A DNA stretch of 56,031 nucleotides, taken from IMG/VR virus record IMGVR_UViG_3300008108_000486, positions 1 to 56,031 of that record. The stretch is one strand, 5' to 3'. The notes below the pieces were generated by a model. The model saw only the letters and a list, made by a program, of their open reading frames with translations, was not told the origin of the DNA and did no database searches. Below, in pieces: positions 27,509 to 34,408 of this stretch. The translations under genes and the position numbers were made by a program. Positions within the stretch are counted from its first letter, which is position 1. Each line of letters begins with the position of its first letter. The DNA comes from a virus. Its lineage: Duplodnaviria > Caudoviricetes.

Positions 27509-27820
27509 ATGGATGAGATACCGAATGTAAAGAATGTAATCTTTATTGGAGATTACTTTTCAATGATTGTGAGCGTTGCCGTTCCTGGATCTGAAGTAAA
27601 GGATGGCGAAGCCTATGAAGACGCTTGCTTGCGTTCCGCTGGGACTTTGATGAAAGAGCATTATGGTTGGGATGTTCAAGCAGTTAGTAGACATATTGGC
27701 GTTCTCGATGAGGGAGACCCTAATTGTGAGACTTGCTATGGAGCAGGGAAGGTTAGTTCAGAGGTAGCTGGCTCAATGAGAGAAGTCGAGTGTCCCGATT
27801 GCTTTGCTAATAGGGGGTAA
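27509..27820 (+). CDS. hypothetical protein with a C-terminal zinc finger
   Basis: CETCYGAG and CPDC motifs. Confidence 0.75.
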   Translation: MDEIPNVKNVIFIGDYFSMIVSVAVPGSEVKDGEAYEDACLRSAGTLMKEHYGWDVQAVSRHIGVLDEGDPNCETCYGAGKVSSEVAGSMREVECPDCFANRG

Positions 27821-27858
27821 AATTTTTGCACCGAGAGTTTCAGATGTTAGAATAGTAG

Positions 27859-27957
27859 TCCGGGTAGTAGTGCGGATTCCCTTCCTGCGCTCCCCGTTGA
27901 GGTGAGATACCCTACTCACCGCACTTTCACCCATGTTCCCTAGCATGGGTGAAGTGT
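27859..27957 (+). ncRNA. candidate three-hairpin small RNA with UCCCU(AG)-type loops
   Basis: Promoter TTGCAC(27826)/TAGAAT(27848), no ORF, three consecutive stem-loops with loops TTCCCT, ATACCCTA and TTCCCTAG; next promoter starts at 27963. Confidence 0.7.
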
Positions 27958-27962
27958 CTATC

Positions 27963-27991
27963 TTGCAAATGTCAGGTAAGTAGTTTAGACT
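27963..27991 (+). promoter_or_regulatory. sigmaA-type early promoter with conserved spacer
   Basis: TTGCAA-17 nt (ATGTCAGGTAAGTAGTT)-TAGACT. Confidence 0.8.
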
Positions 27992-28101
27992 TATAGTAAC
28001 TTGGTAGGGGCTAGTCGCTGGACACCTGAACGCCTAGAACTTGCAAGGGGCGGAAACAATACGACACCCTACCGAGTCTCTAACCTAGGGAAGGAAAGTA
28101 A

Positions 28102-28335
28102 ATGAGTTACGAAGGAAGTATGAAAGGCTCAGGTATCTACGCCGAAGATGTGACTTTTGAAGTCGAGTGCGAAGAGTGCGGTAAGTCTTGGGAAGAAGAT
28201 TTTCAGACAGATGACTGGGGAGATGTTCAAGCAGAAGTAAAGTGCGAGTGCGGTCACGAATGGACTTTCTCAAGGGAGAGAGGCGAAGTAGATGACTCTA
28301 ATGAACCCGATAGATTAGAAGACCTATGGGACTAA
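28102..28335 (+). CDS. small acidic zinc-ribbon protein
   Basis: CEECG...CECGH; CTAGGGAAGG leader. Confidence 0.75.
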   Translation: MSYEGSMKGSGIYAEDVTFEVECEECGKSWEEDFQTDDWGDVQAEVKCECGHEWTFSRERGEVDDSNEPDRLEDLWD

Positions 28336-28338
28336 AGG

Positions 28339-28368
28339 AAGCCCCGCCGAAAGGCGGGGTTTTTCTTT
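28339..28368 (+). terminator. intrinsic terminator
   Basis: AAGCCCCGCC-GAAA-GGCGGGGTT plus T tract. Confidence 0.9.
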
Positions 28369-28430
28369 GCCCCGATATATAGAAGAGGGGTAAAAAATCA
28401 GGGAAGTGCAATGCCGTTATTCTTGAAGTC

Positions 28431-28679
28431 ATGGAAATCGTTCAAAAGTATTATCATTCAAATGGTGGTAGCGCTCCGTTTATGGTCGCAATAGTTGATG
28501 ACCCTGCCGATGGAGACACAAAACTTGTAATAATGTTTGAAGAAGAAGAATGCACCGCAGTTCTTTCTTTAGATACTTTGATAGAGAGTGAAGACATAGG
28601 TAAGAAAAACTCTTATTCAGGGGAAAGATACGAGTATGCTTTGCGTGATGAACTTTGGAATGACTCTAACTACTACTAA
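28431..28679 (+). CDS. hypothetical protein
   Basis: YH.NG..APF motif. Confidence 0.7.
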   Translation: MEIVQKYYHSNGGSAPFMVAIVDDPADGDTKLVIMFEEEECTAVLSLDTLIESEDIGKKNSYSGERYEYALRDELWNDSNYY

Positions 28680-28702
28680 AAAAATCAGTAAGGAAAAAAG
28701 AA

Positions 28703-29272
28703 GTGACCACAATAGCTGCCGTTCAGGGTGAGGGCTGGGCTGTTGTTGGCTATGACTCTAGAGTTTCAGAAGAAGATGGTAGGGCTTATACCTTGCCGAA
28801 AGATAATGGAAAAATAATAAAGAATGGTTCTTATCTTTTAGGTGCGGCCGGGGATATGAGAGCAATAAATCTTTTGGCTCATGTTTTCAAGCCACCGATA
28901 TGTAACCCAACAACAAGAGGCATAAAGTTAGATAAGTTTATTACTACACACTTTATCCCGGATCTAAAAAAGTGTTTTGAGGAAAACTCATATTCAAAAG
29001 ATGGCGAGCAAGACTCTCAAATAATGGTTTTGGTAAATGGAACTATTTATGAGATAGGCGAAGATTATTCTTGGTGTCACGATGAAATGGGAGTTTATGC
29101 TATTGGTTCAGGTGCGCCGTATGCTTTAGGTGCGCTCAATGCGTTGGCAGAAGGAAAGAAAAGAACTCTTACAGGGGCTAGAGGTAGTTTGAAGCTTGCG
29201 CTCGCCGTATCTTGTAAGTTTGATAAGCAGTCAGGCGAACCTATTTATTTACAAACTCAATACACCGAGTAA
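28703..29272 (+). CDS. Ntn-hydrolase, HslV/proteasome-beta-like protease
   Basis: MTTIAA (N-terminal Thr nucleophile), DSR, K, GAAG, AIGSG..YALG. Confidence 0.85.
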   Translation: MTTIAAVQGEGWAVVGYDSRVSEEDGRAYTLPKDNGKIIKNGSYLLGAAGDMRAINLLAHVFKPPICNPTTRGIKLDKFITTHFIPDLKKCFEENSYSKDGEQDSQIMVLVNGTIYEIGEDYSWCHDEMGVYAIGSGAPYALGALNALAEGKKRTLTGARGSLKLALAVSCKFDKQSGEPIYLQTQYTE

Positions 29273-29304
29273 GGGGTTTTACCCCCCTACTCTATATGCA
29301 CCGA

Positions 29305-29424
29305 CTATTTAGGACAGTCAGGGCAGATTAGGTTGCGGTAATAATCTCTTTGGCGTATTTGGAACTTTTCTCCGCATAGGTAGCAGTTTATCCAAATCAT
29401 CACTTGCTTTGTTCTTGTTGCCAC
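29305..29424 (-). CDS. small zinc-ribbon protein
   Basis: GTG start after AGAAAGGGA RBS; CYLCG...CPDC. Confidence 0.65.
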   Translation of the reverse strand: MATRTKQVMIWINCYLCGEKFQIRQRDYYRNLICPDCPK

Positions 29425-29498
29425 TTGAGTTCCCTTTCTCTTGGCTTGGTATAAGTCTATCCTAGAAACACGCCGAAATAAGTATTTCGCTAGGTGTG

Positions 29499-29527
29499 TT
29501 GAAAACATCAGAGAACTATCATAGACT
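29499..29527 (+). promoter_or_regulatory. sigmaA-type early promoter with conserved spacer
   Basis: TTGAAA-17 nt (ACATCAGAGAACTATCA)-TAGACT. Confidence 0.75.
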
Positions 29528-29555
29528 TGTATTACTAGGGAAAGGAGGGAACCAA

Positions 29556-29780
29556 ATGGGAAAAAGTTTTGCAGGAATAGACGCACCGAAGTATCCAGAA
29601 ATCGAAGTTCAACTTACTGGCGAAGATGGAAATGCCGTAGCGATTATGGGTCGTGTGTCTAACGCTATGAAGAAGGCAGGAGTTTCTCAAGAAGAAATAA
29701 ATGCTTATCTTGATGAAAGTATGTCGAGCGATTACGACAACTTGCTACGAACTGCCGTGAAGTGGGTTTCAGTAGCGTAA
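29556..29780 (+). CDS. hypothetical protein (L.G.DGNA family)
   Basis: LTGEDGNA.AIMG.V..AMK.AG...DYDNLL; CTAGGGAAAGGAGG leader. Confidence 0.85.
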   Translation: MGKSFAGIDAPKYPEIEVQLTGEDGNAVAIMGRVSNAMKKAGVSQEEINAYLDESMSSDYDNLLRTAVKWVSVA

Positions 29781-29793
29781 GGTTCTAAAAGAT

Positions 29794-29822
29794 AAGGGGG
29801 GCGAAAGCCCCCTTTATTTTTT
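29794..29822 (+). terminator. intrinsic terminator
   Basis: GGGGGC-GAAA-GCCCCC plus T tract. Confidence 0.85.
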
Positions 29823-29849
29823 ACCTCTTTTTTATTTATAGGTATGCCG

Positions 29850-29878
29850 TTGTAAAAGTCAGGGAACTAGTTTAGACT
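29850..29878 (+). promoter_or_regulatory. sigmaA-type early promoter with conserved spacer
   Basis: TTGTAA-17 nt (AAGTCAGGGAACTAGTT)-TAGACT. Confidence 0.8.
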
Positions 29879-29907
29879 AAAGACAAGGGAACTAACTAGG
29901 GAGAAAT

Positions 29908-30489
29908 ATGAAGCAAGATAGTTTAGAAAGTAAAATCCTTTTTCCTACCAAATGGGTAGATGAAAATTGTTGGTATTGGCTTGGACAACTCAATAAAAAT
30001 AATCCTTCATATGTCGTAAAAGTAGAAGGCAAGAGAATTGCAATTAGAGTGCGCCGACTAATGTGGGAAATAAATGTTGTTGATAACAAAGAAAAACCTA
30101 TAACAAAGCGTGATGTAATAATTTCAGTGTGCGGAGATAATTTATGTGTAAACCCTTCTCACTTGAAAAAATATACAAAGACAGAAGCACTTGACTTGGG
30201 CTACCTAAATCAAGCGCAGAGGACACAAGAAAGATTTGCAAAAATTACTCATTGTCCTAGAGGACACGAATACACAGAAGAAAACACTGCCTATAACACA
30301 GGCAAGTGGGCTACCAATAGAACTAGAACTTATAAGTGCCGTTATTGTAAAACTTGTAATCGTGAGAGAGCGGCTCAAAGAAAACTCAAACTAGGTGCAA
30401 CACGACTTGTAAAAGATTACGAAGGCAGAGGACTACTAACTACCGAACTTATGGACATAATCTTCAAAAGACCAGTGAGAAAGTTCTAG
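29908..30489 (+). CDS. HNH (His-Cys box) endonuclease-like protein with a C-terminal THCPRGHEY zinc domain
   Basis: CWYWLG, C.D.LCVNPSHL, THCPRGHEYTEENT, C..C. Confidence 0.75.
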   Translation: MKQDSLESKILFPTKWVDENCWYWLGQLNKNNPSYVVKVEGKRIAIRVRRLMWEINVVDNKEKPITKRDVIISVCGDNLCVNPSHLKKYTKTEALDLGYLNQAQRTQERFAKITHCPRGHEYTEENTAYNTGKWATNRTRTYKCRYCKTCNRERAAQRKLKLGATRLVKDYEGRGLLTTELMDIIFKRPVRKF

Positions 30490-30614
30490 AAAGATTTTTA
30501 CCCCCCTGTTATATATGCCGAACGATAGAAAAAGTTTTTGGAGGTCCAGGACCCGGAAATGAAAACTTTTGGTTCAGACTTGAAAAAGTCAGGGAAGTAG
30601 ATTATTATTCAGGT

Positions 30615-30806
30615 ATGAAGTTCTTACCCGATAGCGCAATACTTGGAACGCTTGGACATATCAAGCACGCTGGCAAGGCACGCCCTAAGAAGCGTATTGC
30701 TCGCCGAGTTGATACACGCTCCGAGTTTGTAGGTGGTGGCGACTTTAGAAGTCTTGAGCAGTTGCTCGCACTAGCGAAACAACACGCCGAGAAATCAGGG
30801 AAGTAG
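30615..30806 (+). CDS. small basic protein, likely leaderless
   Basis: ATG 6 nt after the -10 of promoter TTGAAA(30580). Confidence 0.55.
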   Translation: MKFLPDSAILGTLGHIKHAGKARPKKRIARRVDTRSEFVGGGDFRSLEQLLALAKQHAEKSGK

Positions 30807-30858
30807 AAAAAAGCAGGGAAGTAAGATAGAGTTATCTCACTAGGGAAAGGGAAAACAA

Positions 30859-31056
30859 ATGGAAGCAGTATTTACTTGGGTAGAGCGAAAGACTAACTCA
30901 CGCCTTACACGCAGAGGTCGCTTGGTTATTGGCTGGGCTATTGCGCTCGCCTTCCTTGTGGCGTTCGGACTTGCTAACTATGCGACAACACCTGCCGAGT
31001 GCAGAGTGGAAGTAGAGCAGATGTCTCAGTTCTGCAAAGACTTGTTGTATCCGTGA
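30859..31056 (+). CDS. small membrane protein
   Basis: LTRRGR motif, TM helix, two Cys. Confidence 0.75.
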   Translation: MEAVFTWVERKTNSRLTRRGRLVIGWAIALAFLVAFGLANYATTPAECRVEVEQMSQFCKDLLYP

Positions 31057-31083
31057 GAGAGATATATAAGAGAGGGGTAAAAA

Positions 31084-31551
31084 GTGAAGAAGAATAAAGG
31101 CGCTACCGCACCGACTTGGACTAAGTTCGAAGAAGTTTATCCGTCAGAAGGAAAGCTTGGCGAGAACGAGACAATGTGGCAAAACAGATTTTATGTTGTT
31201 GTGCGAAAGTATCTTCAAGGAACGCACGAAGGTGCTATTCACTTGAGTATTCGACATATAGACAGAAAAGCAATTAGAGACTGGCGACACTTTCAGAGGA
31301 TCAAAAATGAACTTGCTGGAGAGAGCAGAGAGGGTATGGAAGTTTTTCCACCCGAAGAGTTTTTAGTTGATACCGCTAATCAGTATCACCTATTCGTTTT
31401 ACCAGTTGGACAAACTACGCCGTTCACTTGGAAGTCTCAAGGTCGTATTGTTGGAAATAAGAATGATGAAGAAGTTATTAGAAAAATGGTTGCTTTGGGA
31501 TTAGACCCTAAAGACGCTAGAAACTCAGTTCAGAGGGAAGTGGAAGCGTGA
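31084..31551 (+). CDS. conserved phage hypothetical protein
   Basis: HLSIR..DW..FQRIKNEL.G...EVFP....LVD.ANQYHL. Confidence 0.85.
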   Translation: MKKNKGATAPTWTKFEEVYPSEGKLGENETMWQNRFYVVVRKYLQGTHEGAIHLSIRHIDRKAIRDWRHFQRIKNELAGESREGMEVFPPEEFLVDTANQYHLFVLPVGQTTPFTWKSQGRIVGNKNDEEVIRKMVALGLDPKDARNSVQREVEA

Positions 31552-31739
31552 GCGACCAAGCAGGATTATCAGACGCAGAGTTCGCTTGCCTTTTGTTTAG
31601 GTCTTGCGGAGTGCCTGAAAGGGCGCTCGCAGGTGCTTTGGGCAGAGACCATTCTGCCGAGTGTGGGTTTTGCCAAGGAACAAAACAGGTAGACCCTAGG
31701 AGCGTTCGAAGATGAGCATATATAGAAGGGGGGTAAAAA

Positions 31740-31919
31740 ATGTATTTTGATACTGGAATGATAATTGGAACAACTATTGCGCTCGCAGGAGCTTGTTTTG
31801 TAATGGTTGTAGGACTGCGCCGTTCAATGGAACTTGAGAGAGTTATTAGAATCAAGAACCGAAGAATCATAGAACTAGAAGCACAACTCGACAAAAGCAA
31901 AAGAAAGGAAAGGATTTAG
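31740..31919 (+). CDS. small membrane protein (not in the ORF track)
   Basis: MYFDTGMIIGTTIALAG... TM helix plus coiled coil. Confidence 0.6.
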   Translation: MYFDTGMIIGTTIALAGACFVMVVGLRRSMELERVIRIKNRRIIELEAQLDKSKRKERI

Positions 31920-31922
31920 TTC

Positions 31923-32129
31923 ATGAAGGTTGCAAAGATTTCAGAAGAAGCCATTAGGCTTTATGAAGAAGGGTTGGCTATTGAGACAGTTGCCGAAGAA
32001 CTTGGAGTTTCTTACCGAACTGCAAGAAAGGCAATAAATCTCAATGGAGCAATAACAAGAGACCCCTCAACAAGGGTCAAGGGTCGAACAGACCCTAGAG
32101 GTGGAAAGAAGGTAACGAAGAAAAGATGA
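31923..32129 (+). CDS. helix-turn-helix DNA-binding protein
   Basis: LYEEGLAIETVAEELGVSYRTARKAI. Confidence 0.8.
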   Translation: MKVAKISEEAIRLYEEGLAIETVAEELGVSYRTARKAINLNGAITRDPSTRVKGRTDPRGGKKVTKKR

Positions 32130-32281
32130 AACTAGAAAACATAGTTTGGACTGCGGTAATAGCCCTAGCCATGGGTGTAGCAACCATAGTCTCTGCCGTT
32201 TATGGAGACTTGACCTACACAGTTGGCTTTGGACTATGTGCCGTGACATCAGCCCTGCTTTCATCAAGAGAAAGACGATAG
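32126..32281 (+). CDS. small two-TM membrane protein (not in the ORF track)
   Basis: ATGA coupling; MKLENIVWTAVIALAMG... Confidence 0.6.
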   Translation: MKLENIVWTAVIALAMGVATIVSAVYGDLTYTVGFGLCAVTSALLSSRERR

Positions 32282-32593
32282 AAGGTTGCATTATAGAGAA
32301 GTGGGGTAAAAGCCACTTCTCTGCAACTTTTTTGGGGCATTTTGGATTTTTAGGCGTTTAGCACGATGATCCATAGTTTTGTGTGTAAAAATCTTTTTTG
32401 AGACACACGCTCAGGGTGACTTGACTGCAGAACTTCCCTGCATTTATGCTATGGTTGTAATCAAGTAAGAACCCAAGTGACACAAGGAGATATACGAATT
32501 AGACACTTGAAGTAAGGCTATCCCCTAAGAGGCGATGGTCGGGTTAGTGAAGTCTCTAACCCTGTCCCCGTAACCTAACAAAGGAAAAACCGA

Positions 32594-33214
32594 ATGAACT
32601 ATTCTCCAAAGCGAAAAGCAGAGAATGTGCTGGCTATTCTATCTTTACTGATAGTAGTTAGTTCAGGAGCAGTTGCCGTAGCAGTAGAGAAAGAACAAGA
32701 GGTTGTCGCAACAGAGCAAGTGGCAACTAGAGATCTAACAGCGCTTCAGGCGCTCGCAGAAGAGAAGAAGGAAGTAAAGAAGCCAAAGCTTCGCCCACTT
32801 TCCTACTTCGAGAACAAGACCAGTCTTACCGACAAAGAGTTGGTAGAACTTCTTCAGGTCGTAGGTTTTGAAGGTCAAGATCTAAAAGAGGCTTGGGCTA
32901 TAGCCAAGAAGGAAAGTAATGGCAGACCCCTTGCTTTCAATGGCAATACCCTAACTGGAGACAATTCCTACGGAATCTTCCAAATCAACATGATAAACAG
33001 TTTGGGAGAAGATCGTAGAGAGAAGTTTGAACTAAACCATAACGCAGACCTATTCAACCCCGTAACTAATGTGGAAATTGCTTTCCATATGAGCAATGGT
33101 GGAGAGAACTGGAGTTCATGGCATATAGGCAAAGACGCTTATACTAGTACCAGTGGAAAACATTTCGCTAAGTTCAAAGAGTGGCTGGCTAAGTTTCCCG
33201 GAGAGGTAAAGTAA
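32594..33214 (+). CDS. secreted/membrane-anchored lysozyme-like lytic transglycosylase
   Basis: Signal/TM segment, AIAKKESNG (catalytic Glu), SYGIFQIN, LFNP..N..IA, WSSW. Confidence 0.85.
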   Translation: MNYSPKRKAENVLAILSLLIVVSSGAVAVAVEKEQEVVATEQVATRDLTALQALAEEKKEVKKPKLRPLSYFENKTSLTDKELVELLQVVGFEGQDLKEAWAIAKKESNGRPLAFNGNTLTGDNSYGIFQINMINSLGEDRREKFELNHNADLFNPVTNVEIAFHMSNGGENWSSWHIGKDAYTSTSGKHFAKFKEWLAKFPGEVK

Positions 33215-33615
33215 TGAGCGAGCAAGAAGAGTTGAAGCCTTTACTTGGTTCAGTAGAGCCAGTAGTTTCTGCCCCTGCCCCAGTAGCAGAGCCAGTAGTT
33301 ATGGTGAAGGAAGAGCCAAAGAAAGAAAGCAAAGCCCCGAAGTTGAACACCGAAGGCGACAAGATCGTTTTCATGTCTGCTTTGAAGGTTGGTGCTTATG
33401 AAGGTAACTCCGAAAGTGTAAAGACAGTTCAACTCCGTTTAGTTGAACTTGGCTTCGATACTTGCATGAACGACAAGTTTGGTCGTTTGGGAAGTGGAGC
33501 AGTAGAAGCGATAAACGCTTACAGAAAATCAAAAGGTCTTTTAGAGAATGGCGCTTTTGATGAAGAAGTCTTGGCACATTTATTTGCTGGCACTAATGTA
33601 GGTGTCAAGCACTAA
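33214..33615 (+). CDS. peptidoglycan-binding domain protein
   Basis: VKTVQLRLVELG...G.LG..A..A....KGL..NG. Confidence 0.7.
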   Translation: MSEQEELKPLLGSVEPVVSAPAPVAEPVVMVKEEPKKESKAPKLNTEGDKIVFMSALKVGAYEGNSESVKTVQLRLVELGFDTCMNDKFGRLGSGAVEAINAYRKSKGLLENGAFDEEVLAHLFAGTNVGVKH

Positions 33616-33626
33616 AGCATTGCAAC

Positions 33627-33666
33627 AAAAAACCCCCTACCTTGCGGTGGGGGGCTTTTTGTTTTT
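33627..33666. terminator. bidirectional terminator between convergent genes
   Basis: A tract, CCCCCTACC/GGTGGGGGG stem, T tract. Confidence 0.85.
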
Positions 33667-33672
33667 GAAGCT

Positions 33673-33999
33673 TTATCCGTATACAACCTCACCTAGCACC
33701 GCAACTTGAAGAACTGCATCACCGCAAATAGCGTCATAGTTGTCGAAGTCAAATAGATCCATGCTTACTTGATTATTAGCAATAGGAAGAGCCTTGCCTA
33801 GTTCTTCAATTCCAATAATCTTTTCAGTTCTTTCTTCAGTTACTTCGTCAATAGCAACTAAACGAACCTTGCCGATCTTGTCCCAATCAGTGCCGTCCAA
33901 GTATTCAACTTCTTCCCAGTGGGTTCCGAAACTTTCAAAAGCAGAACCAAACACTGAAGACCATAATTCTTTTTCGTCTATTGTGATTGTGATTTCCAT
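33673..33999 (-). CDS. hypothetical protein
   Basis: ACTAGGGAG leader, own promoter; DA...D.VLQ.AVLGEVVYG motif. Confidence 0.8.
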   Translation of the reverse strand: MEITITIDEKELWSSVFGSAFESFGTHWEEVEYLDGTDWDKIGKVRLVAIDEVTEERTEKIIGIEELGKALPIANNQVSMDLFDFDNYDAICGDAVLQVAVLGEVVYG

Positions 34000-34105
34000 T
34001 TTGTTTTCTCCCTAGTGCGGTTTTTGTTTGGTTGTTTACCGCTAAGAAAATAGTAACCTACTTCCCTGCACTTTTGCAAGTCTTAGTGCCGTGTGTTTTA
34101 GGTAA

Positions 34106-34138
34106 CAAAAAACCCCCTATCTCTAGGGGGTTCTTTGC
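34106..34138 (-). terminator. intrinsic terminator
   Basis: AACCCCCTA/TAGGGGGTT stem with a T tract on the minus strand. Confidence 0.8.
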
Positions 34139-34147
34139 CGTTAGGGG

Positions 34148-34408
34148 TTAGGAGGCAACCTGTAACAGTCTTGGCAATGCTTTCTCTTCTAAAGTTCTTG
34201 CGGTGTTTGGCATGATGATATTCCACAAGATCTCAGAATCAGACAAGGTGCGGAACTCTTTAGTAGTTCCAATGTATGTTTCTTCTGTAACAACTAATGC
34301 GGTGATATCTGTTGAACCTTCAATTAGTTCTTTCACCTTTACGGTTGTCTCAATGTGGAAGTAGTAAGTAGTTCCACCTGCAGTAATCGCTACTCCATAA
34401 GTTTTCAT
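34148..34408 (-). CDS. hypothetical protein
   Basis: ACTAGGGAG leader; promoter TTGCGA/TATGCT. Confidence 0.75.
   Translation of the reverse strand: MKTYGVAITAGGTTYYFHIETTVKVKELIEGSTDITALVVTEETYIGTTKEFRTLSDSEILWNIIMPNTARTLEEKALPRLLQVAS

Noticed and set aside
32146-32361. 71-aa ORF
   Set aside because: The alternative frame 32126-32281 is translationally coupled and encodes a credible membrane protein
32470-32593. c-di-AMP (ydaO) riboswitch ahead of the transglycosylase
   Set aside because: Only small hairpins; the conserved riboswitch motifs are not recognisable
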